Source of the DNA: Octopus sinensis
Taxonomy: Eukaryota
Length of the DNA stretch: 64,000 bases
Direction: 5' to 3'
NCBI RefSeq assembly: GCF_006345805.1
Contig: NC_042999.1
Span: 68,448,001-68,512,000, forward strand
Positions 1 to 12,388 of the stretch are shown here, one piece after another; the first letter of the stretch is position 1; every line of letters starts with the position of its first letter. The notes beneath the pieces are model-generated. The model saw nothing but the letters and a program-made list of their open reading frames with translations. It did no database searches and had not been told where the DNA came from. A program made the translations under genes and the position numbers.

Positions 1-164
1 CTGATTTAACATCAAAAACGAGCCCTGTTTTCCTGTATCCAACATGAACGACAAAACCAATCCACTGCATATAATTTCGTAAATAGTTTAGATTTTTAAG
101 TTGAAGATTATCTCCCTTGGCTACTGCTCTTATGTTTCAAGTTGCGTTTACTGAAATTCCAGTA

Positions 165-367
165 CAGTAATTCATCGACTATCGCGGGTGTTACGTTCTA
201 AAACCTCTCACAGAAATAATTAAAATCTAAAAAAAATATAAATGCCTATCGGCTGCTGAAATATGCGATGAGGAGTCCGCGATATAAATTTACATATATT
301 AGCCAGAAAAATCCGCTATCGTATTGATTGCGCGATAGGTGAACCACGATATGATGAGGGATTACTG
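165..367. mobile_element. Tigger/pogo-like MITE
   Basis: Imperfect TIRs CAGTAATTCATCG...TGATGAGGGATTACTG, flanked by TA on both sides; related copy at 55522-55727. Confidence 0.65.
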
Positions 368-934
368 TAAATATTTCTTTGCTTTTAGAAATGTTTCACT
401 ATACACTATGTACAAACTTAATCGTCAGCCCTTCATCGTCTACTTTCCAGAACCCTTTTCGACCTTAATCTTATTCTAGCTTATCATACTTCTTTCTCTT
501 TCTTTCACTATTTCATTTTCGTTCTTTTTTTTTTTTTGCCACCTGGCTTGCCTTCCTTCCATTTCTCCTTTTGATTTTCCTTCTATTTTTTTATTGGTTT
601 CTTTTATATTTCTTCCATTCTTTCTCTTCTTTCATACGTTCTTTCGATCTTTCCTCCCTGTACTAATACCCCGTTCAGTGGACAATGTTAACTAATAACT
701 TACTAAAGTGTGTGTTTAAGTGTTTACCCGGCCCAGAAAGAAAAAAAAGGCATAAGATTGCACAGGAGCAAACGAGTTAAATAAACACGACAAATCTGAA
801 GACCAAAGCCTCGATACTACTGCTATATGGCTCGTATGTGTGTCTGTCGTCTCTACTGTCCAGGTAGTTTAATAAAGATTTTAATATTCGTGTGTATGTA
901 TTGTATGCATGCATGTATGTATGTATACACACAC

Positions 935-1066
935 ATTGCTTTCCTCATTTCTTTTTGTAGAAGAGCGTAGGCTCGAAACGTTAAAGACTATTCCATTTTT
1001 CCTGTGTGTTAAATTTATTAACGTTGTTGCTCACCTGTCTGTCTTCTGTGTTTTTGTATAATTTTG

Positions 1067-1070
<4 letters not shown>
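935..1070 (+). mobile_element. Penelope pseudo-LTR-like repeat with degenerate hammerhead motif
   Basis: TTGTAGA-AGAGC-GTAG-GCTC-GAAAC-GTT at 955-982 (core CUGANGA mutated); similar sequence in opposite orientation at ~33005-33090 and ~49660-49775; ends in (TA)n. Confidence 0.45.
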
Positions 1071-1119
<49 letters not shown>

Positions 1120-1123
<4 letters not shown>

Positions 1124-1580
1124 CAAAATAAGCAACAAGGATATCCAAGGTAGTGTAGTACAATCGTTTCATGCTACTTCATTTTATTAAACAAGTAAGT
1201 ATTACATCAGTTTTAAAATGTAGAGCAATCTTCAGCCACATATAGAATTTTTTAATGAAATAGACAATGCACATTTTTATTTATTTTTACTTATTTCATT
1301 TGCCAACATTTCAAAGAGGGTAGATATATAGACAGAGAGGTTAATTTCATCATTAAGAACATGGTAGTAGAAGGTTCTTCTCCATCTGCAGAATTTTTAT
1401 CACTGAGTTCACTTTGCTATTTAGATTTATCAATGGGTAGGTTTTTTTTTATTTGGTTCAATGGAGACAAACAAGAATTTCTTCTATTTATAGATAGAGG
1501 AAAGGGTAGTACAAATATCAAAGCCATAAATCCAGCCCCATTATGAGGAATTTAACTCAGGCATATTTTAAAATACATTA
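1120..1580 (-). mobile_element. Possible decayed Penelope-like 3' end
   Basis: Minus-strand frameshifted remnant ~LNSKSELSDK.CRWRRTF resembling the C-terminus of some Penelope-like ORFs; downstream degenerate CTGAAGA...AAAAC-TGAT-GTA motif; ends in (TA)n. Confidence 0.3.
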
Positions 1581-1584
1581 AAAT

Positions 1585-1894
1585 AGTACTTATTTTATCG
1601 GTCTTTTGCCGAACTGCTAAGTTACGGGGATGTAAACACATCAGCATCGGTTGTCAAGCGATTTTTTGGGGAAAAACACAGATCCAAAAACATATACACA
1701 CATATACATACATATATATATACATATATAGCGACGGGATTCTTCCAGTTTCCGTCTACCAAATCCACTCACAAGGCTTTGGTCGACCCGAGACTATAGT
1801 AGAAGGCACTTGCTCAACGTGCCACGCAGTGGGACTGAACCCGGAACCATGTGGTTGGTAAGCAAGCTACTTACTACACATCCACTCCTACGCC
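1585..1894 (-). mobile_element. tRNA-derived SINE, family A (partial)
   Basis: Minus-strand head with B-box GGTTCAGTCCC; body matches many copies in the window. Confidence 0.85.
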
Positions 1895-2224
1895 TATTTA
1901 TTGTTTCTTTTTACATTCGGTGAAAACCTCATACCCAAGGGTGGGATACTTAATCTCTGCCGTGCATATTGGCCAAGCAACTTCAGTTGCAACCCAACAT
2001 CACCAAATTTGGTGACCCTACTACCTTGTTATTTCTCAATCTAATTCATTTCACTTCATTTACCTTTACCCCTTGTATCCCGTTGAGGTCATTATTGACT
2101 TTTATTCTTCTGGTCAAGCATTGAGGTCAAATTTAATAATCTAACTACTCGCTACGAATTTAAGGAGTTCTGCCTATTACTGAACTGGCAGAATCATTTG
2201 AGCGTCGGACAAAATGTCATACTC

Positions 2225-2439
2225 TTTTACTCTTTTAATTGTCTCAGTCGTTTGACTGTGGCCATGCTGGAGCACCGCCTTTAGTCGAGCAAATCGACCC
2301 CAGGACTTATTCATTGTAAGCCTAGTACTTATTCTATCGGTCTCTTTTGCCGAACCGCTAAGTTACGGGGACGTAAACACACCAGCATCGGTTGTCAAGC
2401 GATGTTGGGGGGGGGGAACAAACACTGACACAAACGTAT

Positions 2440-2476
<37 letters not shown>

Positions 2477-2650
2477 CATATATACGACGGTCTTCTTTCA
2501 GTTTCCGTCTACTAAATCCACTCACAAGGCTTTGGTCGGCCCGAGGCTATAGTAGTAGACACTTGGCCAAGGTGCCACGCAGTGGGACTGAACCCGGAAC
2601 CATGTGGTTGGTAAGCAAGCTACTTACCACACAGCAACTCGTACGCCACT
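2225..2650 (-). mobile_element. tRNA-derived SINE, family A
   Basis: Near full-length copy with internal CA/TA microsatellite; near-identical to 14475-14878, 19433-19815, 28415-28790. Confidence 0.9.
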
Positions 2651-2739
2651 CCATGCAGTATTTATTCCGGCTATTTACATGAGAAGTTCAAACCCCTCTC
2701 CTCAAGAATTGCTCTACTTCTGCCAAAATCAGGAACAAT

Positions 2740-3600
2740 GATAGGCATAATCGTTAACAAGCCAGACAAAATGCCTTCCGGCATTTCTTACGGCGTTATG
2801 TTCTGAGTTCAAATTCCACCGAGACCGACATTGCCTTTCATCCTTTCAGAGACGATAGAAACAGCCAAATACAGGAGTTGATTTAATCGACTGGTTCTCG
2901 CCCTCAAAAAAAAAAAAAAAAAAAAAAAATACCAGGCCTTGCGCCTATTGTAGAAAGAATTATTATTATTATTAAGGTGGCGAGCAGGCAGAATTGTTAC
3001 CACGCCGCACAAAATGCGTTCTGAGTTCAAATTCCGCCAATTCGACTTTGCGTTTCATCCTTTCAGGGTCGATAAAATAAGTGCCGGTTGAGTACTGGAG
3101 CTGATTTTATCGACTTCCCTACTCTCCAAACACTTCTGGCCCTGAGCCAAAATTTGAAACCATTTAAGGCGGCGAGTTAGCAGAATCGTTAGCCTGCAAC
3201 ATTTCGTTCTGAGTTCAAATTCCGCCGAGGTCGACTTTGCCTTTCATCCTTTCGGGGTCGATAAATTAAGTGCCAGTCAAATAATGAAGTCGATGTAATC
3301 GGCTAGTCCCCTCACCTAAACCTTCAGGCCTTGTGCCTGCCGTAGAAAGGATTATTTCTATAATAATAATAATAATAATAATTATTATTATTATTATTAT
3401 TATTATTGCTGGCAGAATTGTTAGCACGCCGGGCAAAATACTTTCGCCCGTTTCTACGTTCTGAGTTCAAATTCCGCCGAAGTCGAATTTGCCTTTCATC
3501 CTTTCGGGGTCAATAAATTAAGTACCAGTGAAAGACTGGGGTCGATGTAATCGATTCATCTCCTCTTCAAAATGGCAGCCCTTGTGGCAAAATTTGAAAT
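2740..3600 (+). mobile_element. Cluster of four tRNA-derived SINEs, family B
   Basis: Repeated GGCGAGCTGGCAGAATCGTTAG head, GTTCAAATTCC B-box and GTCGACTTTGCCTTTCATCCTTTCGGGGTCGATAAA core, separated by (ATT)n/(A)n. Confidence 0.85.
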
Positions 3601-4429
3601 CATTATTATTATTATTATTATTATCACTATTATTTACTCATGCTTTATCGCTTCTATATTCTTCTATTTACTCATGAAATCCTGATTAATAATCGACACA
3701 CTTGTTACTATGAAAGGGTCATTATCAGAGATTTACAAGATAAAGCTCTCCATCGTGGATATTTCATCGATTCCACCACACACACACACAAGCAAACACT
3801 CACACGAGCTTAGCCTTCCATTTTCTTTTTTCAACCCCGCTTCTCTCTCCACTACAATTTTCTTATACTCGGCTTCTTTCTTCTGCACGCTCTCGATCCG
3901 ATATTCCTTATTTGAGAAATGGAAAAGCCTTTTACCGCTAGTACTCGTTCATGTTTGCTCTTTATTTGATTTGATTACATTTATATTTCTCACCCATATC
4001 TCCCCTCGTTCATTTATCTACACAGTCGTCTGCTCTGCCGTCTGCCATTATTACCGCCATCACTATTTTCATGATCAATCTCGTTTGCTCTTGCGAAGTT
4101 AGTCGCCGGCATCGCCTTCAGAGTCATCACTGTAATACCGCCGCCGCCGTTGTTACTGCTGTGGTCACGATGTGAAGACTACCAGCTGATGACAAAGCTC
4201 TTCACACCCCGCTTCCCGTGCCCCACTCTCCTCCTCCGTCAACACATATCATCATCAGCATCATTGCTATCATAATATCGTTAAACTAGTGTATGCAGAC
4301 ACGATTACAATATCGCTTCTTGGTTGGGCCAACAATAAATAGGAACACCAGAATCAATTCTACAGCATTAGATTACTGAACAAAAAAGAAAAAAAAACCC
4401 AACTTACATACAAACATATACATATATAC

Positions 4430-4596
4430 TCAAGCACACATACACACACATATGTATACGTATGTATACACACACACACATGTATACACACACATGTATA
4501 CGTATGTATACACACACACACATATGTATACGTATGTATACACACACACACATATGTATACGTATGTATACACACACACACATATGTATACGTATG

Positions 4597-4644
<48 letters not shown>

Positions 4645-4670
4645 CACACACATACATATGTATACGTATG

Positions 4671-4728
<58 letters not shown>

Positions 4729-4733
4729 CACAC

Positions 4734-4788
<55 letters not shown>

Positions 4789-4833
4789 CACACACATACA
4801 TACACAAACACATATATATATATATATATATAT
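4430..4833. repeat. Compound CA/TA micro/minisatellite
   Basis: ~30-bp unit ATATGTATACGTATGTATACACACACACAC, reiterated. Confidence 0.95.
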
Positions 4834-4834
4834 A

Positions 4835-6037
4835 CTAGCTGAGGTTGACCCGCTCTACGCGCGGGTAAGAGTGTGGTTGTTACTTTCTGTTGCTTCCTTT
4901 CAGCACGTAAAAAGCACCATACGAACGTGGCCGATTGCAGCGCCGCCTTGACTGGCTTCTGTGCTGGTGGCACGTAAAAAGCACCAACCGATCGTGGCCG
5001 CTGCCAGCCCCCCTGGCACCTGTGCGGGCGGCACGAAAAAAGCACCCACTACGCTCACAGAGTGGTTGGCGTTAGGAAGGGCATCCACCTGTCGAAACAC
5101 TGCCAGATCAGACTGGAGCCTGGTGCAGCCTCCTGGCTTCCCAGACCCCTGTCAAACTGTCGAACCCGTGCTAGCACGGAAAACGGGCGTTAAACGATGA
5201 TGATGATGATGATGATTCTCCCTCTTTGTTTCTTTCTCCTTTCTCTCTCACTTTCCCCACTCTCTTACTCTTCCTTTCTCTCGGACTCTCCCTCGCTTTC
5301 TCTTACTCTCTATCTTTATGTATCTCTCTCCCATTTATAAACAGCAAAAGATCTTGAGTAAGTTGAGAAATAAAATATTTAGAAAGATCAATCATAAATA
5401 TCAGGCAGTTACAAAGGAAAGGTCTGCTTCAAGACAGACAGCAAAACACTAACATTAAAAAGGGACAGACGAACTTGCGAGCTGAATAAAAATAATAAAA
5501 TATTGGAAACCAAAGTGTGAAGGGATAGAATTTGAGGATAGTAGAGTCACCATGGCTGGCATTTCTTAACGACGGACAGCAACGTATTGACAGTTCAACG
5601 GCTGGCGTAAAATTTTGAACTTGATGTAAAAGAAAATCCCTAAAAACCAAGTTTTGACTTGATTCTTTCTCACGACAGTAGACTCACGATGGCAAGCATT
5701 CAAAACTTCTTCATCGTGGACGGCAACACATTGACGATTAAAAGGCTGGCGCAAATTTTTTAGCTTGATGTAACAGAGAATTGCTAAACACGCGCTCCTT
5801 TAAATTTTAATCCCCTTCCAGTCCCATTTATACCCCTTCTCACCTTTTGGTTAATATAACCCGATTTTATTTGGGTCTACTGGGGCCACATTTTATAAGA
5901 TGAGGACTCAACCAAGTTTCCCAAGTTCTGGTCATAGACCATAGAACACTCAACCAAGTTTCCCGAGTTCTGGTCATAGACCATAGAACACTAAACCAAG
6001 TTTCCCGAGTTCTGGTCATTTGCAGAATAAATAGAGA
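4835..6037 (-). mobile_element. Helitron-like non-autonomous element (interrupted by SINE)
   Basis: Minus-strand 3' end: hairpin ACCCGCGCGTAGAGCGGGT followed by CTAG|T in a (TA)n site; 41-bp internal tandem repeat at ~5907-6020; far boundary uncertain. Confidence 0.45.
4866..5216 (+). mobile_element. SINE 3' part with (GAT)n tail
   Basis: Internal repeats GCACGTAAAAAGCACC, then GTGGTTGGCGTTAGGAAGGGCATCC motif and GTTAAAC(GAT)n tail as in RTE-partner SINEs. Confidence 0.75.
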
Positions 6038-6256
6038 CGGCGGAGGTGGCAGACGTCGTTGCAATGTAAACATGATTTGTTATAAGAGAAAGATTGTCCA
6101 GATTGTGTGTTGGTGGTGGCGATGATAATTATCATTAGGAAAAAGAGTGAGTGAGTGAGGAAGACATACATAAGTTGTGGCGATGATAATTGTAGACCCC
6201 TTTTCACATTTTGATGAAGAGAACCCGATTTCATTCGGGTGTACTGGGGCCACATA

Positions 6257-6303
<47 letters not shown>

Positions 6304-6449
6304 ACGCTGTAGAAATTAAATTAGAGATAAAACCACTAATAGGGAAATGAAACAGTAAAAAACCAAAAACAAAAACATAAAAATAAAAATATATTAGATA
6401 TATGTATATATATATATATATACTTTATTTTAAGCAGCAGAAAATTCAA

Positions 6450-6499
6450 CAAAATCTGTTACTCTGAGTTTCTCGTTGCCGTTCATCAGACAGTTTTTG
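6450..6499 (-). ncRNA. Minimal type I hammerhead ribozyme motif (mirror copy)
   Basis: Exact reverse complement of 6550-6599. Confidence 0.7.
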
Positions 6500-6549
6500 C
6501 TAGAATGGAACATATATATTAATATATTAATATATATGTTCCATTCTAG

Positions 6550-6599
6550 CAAAAACTGTCTGATGAACGGCAACGAGAAACTCAGAGTAACAGATTTTG
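6550..6599 (+). ncRNA. Minimal type I hammerhead ribozyme motif
   Basis: CTGT-CTGATGA-ACGGCAACGA-GAAAC-TCAGA-GTA-ACAG: intact core, stem I CTGT/ACAG extendable, weak stem II, near-palindromic stem III. Confidence 0.7.
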
Positions 6600-6697
6600 T
6601 TGAATTTTCTGCTGCTTAAAATAAAGCATATTACTCTACCACTGGTATTTGAGTACTCTTTTTTCCACCTTGTTTCACATTTATGTGTTTACTCCGG

Positions 6698-6740
<43 letters not shown>

Positions 6741-7199
6741 TGACAGGTAGACAATAGAATGCGATGGCGATGGGGCTGGCGATGTAATATTTGTTACTGT
6801 CCATGAACGCTGATAGATACATGAGTAAAATGTATAGGAAGGTAAGAAATAAGAGTGAGTGAAAATGTTCTTGGAAGAGAGTAAAGAGCGACAGAGTGAT
6901 TTGAGGAAGGCTTTACATTAAATAACGGTAGTTGCATTGTCAAATGAAGAGGAGTGACAGAGTACTGGAGGAAATAGGGCGAGGTAGGAAGATGGCCCCT
7001 AGCAACCACACCTTTTAAGCTAGGGATTTCTAAGGTAGCCCACGCGCATCGTCACCTCATTCTACATGTGCCTGTAAATTTTGGAGCGAATCGGACGGGA
7101 TGTAGTGGCATTGAAAGCGAACCAAGCGGTAAAAACGCATTTCAGTTTTATATATAGAGATATATACACACACATACATACACAAACACATATATATTT

Positions 7200-7385
7200 C
7201 TCTTTTACTTGTTTCAGTCATTTGACTGCAGCCATGCTGGAGCACCGCCTTTAGTCGAGCAAATCAACCCCAGGACTTATTCTTTGTAAGCCTAGTACTT
7301 ACTCTGTCGGTCTCTTTTGCCGAACCGCTAAGTTACGGGGAAGTAAACATACCAGCATCGGTTGTCAAGCGATGTTGGGGGAGAA

Positions 7386-7440
<55 letters not shown>
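7200..7440 (-). mobile_element. SINE family A, 3' half
   Basis: Matches family A body up to the (CA)n tract. Confidence 0.85.
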
Positions 7441-7451
<11 letters not shown>

Positions 7452-7654
7452 GTATGTATGTATATATATATATATATATATATTACACCCGATGAGATAC
7501 GTCTGCACCACCAGATACTTCTGAACCAGTTGTTGAGTGTTCCACCCAAGAGGAGTCGATGCTACATGTGTCGAAACAATTGTGATTAATAATATATTCT
7601 CGTATATGCCATCTTCTGTCTTTCATTTGTTTTATATATATATATATATATATA

Positions 7655-8036
7655 CTAGCAGTATCGCCCGGCGTTGCTCGGGTTTGTAAGGGAAATAACT
7701 ATAAAGCATTTTTAGAGAGTTATAGCCAAAAAATAGCAAAAAAATGGAAAGAAAATGGTAAATTTTTTTTTGAGAGTTAAAACGGTCGAGTTGCGTCCCC
7801 TAGACAGTCTGTGGTTTGTGTTTCTGATTCTCGACCCCATGTCGAATTTATCGATTTTTTTTAGAACTGGGGCAACTTTTCAAAATTTTCTCTGCGTTAG
7901 TTTTGAATTATGACTTTGGGCTATGTGTGTGTCAAGTTTCATCAGAATCGGTTGAAAGCCGTGGTCAGGGTGAGGGTACAACCTAACAGACACACAGAAA
8001 CACACACAGACAAACTGCCGTTTATATATAGAGAGA
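7655..8036 (-). mobile_element. Non-autonomous Helitron-like element
   Basis: Minus strand starts A|TCTCTC and ends with hairpin CCCGAGCAACGCCGGG then CTAG|T; inserted in (TA)n; no TSD. Confidence 0.75.
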
Positions 8037-8059
8037 TATATATATGATGTATGTATGTA

Positions 8060-8280
8060 TGTATGTGTGTATGTGTGTGTTTATTTGTCCCGTTACCCAC
8101 CGCTTAACAACCGGTGCTAGTGTGTTTACGTCCTTGGAACTTAACGGTATGGCAAAACAGACCAATAGAATATGTATGAGGCTTAAAAAAAATGTAAACT
8201 GGGGTCGATTCGTTCCCCAAAACTCTTCGAGGCGGTGCCCCAGCTTGGCCACAGTCATATGACCGAAACAAGATAGAAGA
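8060..8280 (+). mobile_element. SINE family A, 3' half, diverged
   Basis: Reverse-complement match to family A body. Confidence 0.7.
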
Positions 8281-8646
8281 AAATAAAAGACATCATCATA
8301 TAAATAATTATTACCGAAGAATAAAAGAATTTTGGAAATAGTTGGCCTGGCCGTTAGATTATACTATATTTTTGATAAGATATAAAACCGCTTCGAGTCG
8401 AACAATTTAGCTGTTTATCATGAATGCTTCATTAAAACGTTTTACTTAAAAAGAAAAAAAGGTATTAATTAAACGATTTTGAACCATATATTATCGAGGA
8501 ACAAAGGTTTTCCGATTGCAGAAAGAAAGATAGGAAGGAAGGAAGAAAGGAGGAAAGAAAAAAAGAAGGGTAAAAAATGACGTTGGTCATTGAAACTTGT
8601 TTTTCTTATTTCATACTCGATCCTTTTTATTTTGTTATTTTTACCT

Positions 8647-8845
8647 TGGCAGAATCGTTAGCACGCTGGACGAAATTCTTAGCGGCATTTCGCCCGTCGC
8701 TACGCTCTGAGTTCAAATGCTGCCGAGGTCGACTTTGCCTTTCACCCTTTCGGGGTCGATAAATCAGTTACCAGTGAAGCACTGGGGTCGATGTAATCGA
8801 CTAGCCCTCACCCAACAAATTTGAAGCCTTGTGCCTATAAGAGAA
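8647..8845 (+). mobile_element. SINE family B
   Basis: Head, B-box and GTCGACTTTGCCTTTCA core. Confidence 0.85.
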
Positions 8846-8942
8846 AGGTTTCTTTATTTTACGAACCACATACATCTGGTATCAAGACAACATGCATATT
8901 TTCACACACACGCACGAGGGTGCATATATATATATATATATA

Positions 8943-9993
8943 TATTGGGCATATTATTCCCTCCTTCAGCTTGCTTGGCAGTTTGCCATTTGCTAGAAAG
9001 CTCTGGAAAAGAATCTGGAGGGGTTTTGCCAGGGCATGCTTACACGATTTGAGGAGGATTGCTGAGAAACCATCAGGACCAGCAGTTGAGTTTGTGTCCA
9101 CTTCATCTATGACTAGTAGTATATCTTCTTCGCTAATTTCAATGTATTCATTTGTAACTGCCTCGCTGGTTTTTGGTGAGGCGGCAAAGAAGTTCACTTG
9201 TCTGTGTTCCAACGGGGTGGTAAAGACACTTTTGAACTGGTCATTCAGTATCTCACTAATCTTAATTGAACTGTCTGTGAGGGAGCCATCCTTTTGGAGG
9301 AGGGGTCCTATCTTGCAGTGTACTGAGGCTGTTTCTTTCGTGTAATGAAAGAAGGCCTTTGGGTTTGACTTAATGTGTTTTATAACCCAGGCTTCTTTGT
9401 CTGCTTTCTCTCTCACAGGGTTGTTGCAGCCTTTTTTCGATCTCAATCAGTGTTGTTTCTAGGCGGGACGTTTCGCTACTTTTGGGATGTTGGTTGAGTC
9501 GATTTCAACCTTCGTCCGTCGTCTCATGAGGATCTTCCTGTCTCTTCGAATCTTGCTCCTATTTGTTTTGGCCTTGTGCTCTGGGACATATTTCTGGCAT
9601 ACGGCTTGCACAGAAGACATGAAACATTCTAGTTTCATGTCAATGTCTGGTGTGGAGAGACATTCCGGCCAGTCCTCTCTAAGGATCTCTTTTCGGATCG
9701 ATTTCCAGTCTGCTTTGTGGAGGTTCAGATTGGAGAGATTTCGGGTGCTTCCTTTAGGCTGTATGTCACTGGTTACTTTCGGCCCAAACATAGACAGCTC
9801 TATAATGTTGTGATCCGAGACTAATGTCAGCGTCAGTTTCACATCATGAATGATGTCCATATTGTTCGTGAAGCAGAGATCCAGAATGTTATTCGCCCTA
9901 GTTAGTTTGAGTACAGCTTGTTCCATGAAGAGGGCATTGGTGAGGTTGAGCAGGGACTCCACCTGTGATTGCTTGCAATGAATCATTCCTGAC
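8943..9993 (-). pseudogene. CR1/L2-like LINE ORF2 fragment (end of APE endonuclease to start of RT), frameshifted
   Basis: Motifs TRANNILDLCFTN and SDHNII (APE); NPKAFFHY, ILNDQFKSVFT, AGPDGF, LAKPLQILF, ICPI (pre-RT); both ends in (TA)n. Confidence 0.9.
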
Positions 9994-9994
9994 A

Positions 9995-10015
9995 GTATAT
10001 ATATATATGTTTGTG

Positions 10016-10088
<73 letters not shown>

Positions 10089-10097
10089 CTATGTGTT

Positions 10098-10144
<47 letters not shown>

Positions 10145-10195
10145 ATAACTATATATATATATGTATGTATGTATATATATATGTGTGTGTATAAC

Positions 10196-10288
<93 letters not shown>

Positions 10289-10325
10289 GTGTATATGTGT
10301 ATATGTGTGTGTGTATGTATATATA

Positions 10326-10364
<39 letters not shown>

Positions 10365-10395
10365 ATATATGTATATGTATATATATATATATTTA
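9995..10395. repeat. Compound (TA)n/(TG)n microsatellite
   Basis: Direct inspection. Confidence 0.95.
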
Positions 10396-11096
10396 TCTCG
10401 AGAAACACTGACCGTCTTTCCTTGTAGTATGTGAAGTTTCAAGACACACGCACGCACAAAAATGTTCAGATGTGGACACAATTTAAAACGATTCCAAACA
10501 ACAATAATAACAACCAGTAACACAAAAGAATACACCAAACTCTAGAAAAAAGCAAATTTAACAAATGATAATAATAATAATACGCCCCCCTCCTCCAAAA
10601 AAACCCCCAACAACACACACATACGGCGCAGTCATTTTCAGAGAATAGTCTGATTTTTGATGTCGAATTCTTTTGTTCAGTGTCGTTGCTTCAGAATATA
10701 ATAATAGTAAAACAGAATAGTACTTTTCTTCAAAACAGCTGAATAAATTAACGTCTGCTTTCACTGAATAGAGAATGGCTTTGTAAAAGTTGTTTTTTTT
10801 TTTTTTTTTTTTTTTAATGAGCTTTGTGTAAATGCGAATGTATAAGTATTTCTGAGTATATATTGAAATACATGTGTTTCTATTATCTACAAATATCGCT
10901 TCAGGGTTTGTTTGAATTCTCAGAAATATTATCTTACCCAGTCGAGCAAATTAGAGGTTTTTACATAGTCTCAGTAAGACAAAATCTGGGGGCCTGCATA
11001 TATAATGCATTCGTTCCGTCTACGTCGTTCCATTCACTTTATATAAACCCATGGCGATTCTAAAATATTGCTTGCGCGTATACACACACAGACACA

Positions 11097-11156
<60 letters not shown>

Positions 11157-11161
<5 letters not shown>

Positions 11162-11420
11162 TTTGACTGCGGTCATCCTGGAGCATCACATTTAGTCGAA
11201 CAAATCGACCCCAGGATTTATTCTTTGTAAGCCTAGTACTTATTCTGTCGGTGTCTTTTGCCGAACCGCTGACGGGGACCAACATCGGTTGTCAAGCGAT
11301 GGTGGAGGGACAAACACAGACCCTATTAACAAATGCACACATATATACATATTATATACGACGGGCTTCTTTCAATTTCCGTCTATCAAATCCACTCACA
11401 GCACTTTGGTCAGCCCCAGG
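11157..11420 (-). mobile_element. SINE family A, partial
   Basis: Body match. Confidence 0.8.
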
Positions 11421-11979
11421 CTTCTTCAGTGTCTGATAGTGCATGGGTCATTCATAGCTTAGCTGGAACTTCTGTTCTTACATAAACGAACAAACAAACA
11501 ATAAATTTGCTGGTGTGTGTTGAGACTAACCAAACTAAAATTAATTTTTTATAAGCAAACAATGCAGCATGGGTCGACAATGTACAGGAATCTATAAAAA
11601 AAATAAATGTACGCATATGTATATTGCCTTTCACTGCTCCGTGCGCTTATACAAAATGAATTCTAACCTGGCTAACCTCAGAACATACCGTTAAATACTT
11701 GTAAATACAGGAAATACAACTCATACCAGTAAATACAAGTGGGAAACAGTTCAATGTTTCCTGTATGTAGGAATAAAAATTTCAAATGACCGGGGCAGTA
11801 TTTGCAACTGAAAAGGCAAAATCACACCGAAACAACGTGTCTACTGATGTCGCTTGAAACTTTAAAGAGAAATTTTCTCCGAGACAAAACCCTGAAACAA
11901 ATGCCTTTCATGTATTTCACGTTCCAGTGTATAGAAGCGTGTTAAGAACACACACACGCACGCACACAAATGTGTTTTG

Positions 11980-12388
11980 TCTTTTGCTTGCTTCGGTCAT
12001 TTGACTGCGGCCATGCTGGGGCACCTCCTTGAAGTGTTTTAGTCGAACAAATCGATCCAAGGACTTAATTTTCGAAGCCTAGTACTTATTCTATTGGTCA
12101 CTTTTGCCGAACTGCTAAATTACGGGAACGTAAACACACCACTACCGGGTCAAGCAGTAGACAAGCGGGAGACAAACAGACACAGAGACACGCACACACA
12201 TATATATTCACACAAGCACACACATATACACAACGGGGTTCTTTCAGTTTCCGTCAACAAAATCCACTCACAAAGCTTTGATCGGCCCGAGGTTATAGTA
12301 GAAGACACTTACTCAAGGTACCTCGCAGTGGAACTGAACCCTGTACCATGTAACTGAGAAGCAAACTTCTTACCACACAACCGCGCCT
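11980..12388 (-). mobile_element. SINE family A, diverged
   Basis: Head-to-tail match with substitutions. Confidence 0.8.

Larger units (their letters stand above)
6423..6626. repeat. Perfect 204-bp palindrome
   Basis: 6423-6524 is the exact reverse complement of 6525-6626; no spacer. Confidence 0.95.

Noticed and set aside
5907-6020. 41-bp direct repeats resembling a CRISPR array
   Set aside because: No unique spacers, no cas genes, eukaryotic context; simple tandem repeat
6740-7140. Non-repetitive stretch next to the palindrome, suspected retroelement N-terminus
   Set aside because: No frame gave a motif I could recognise with confidence
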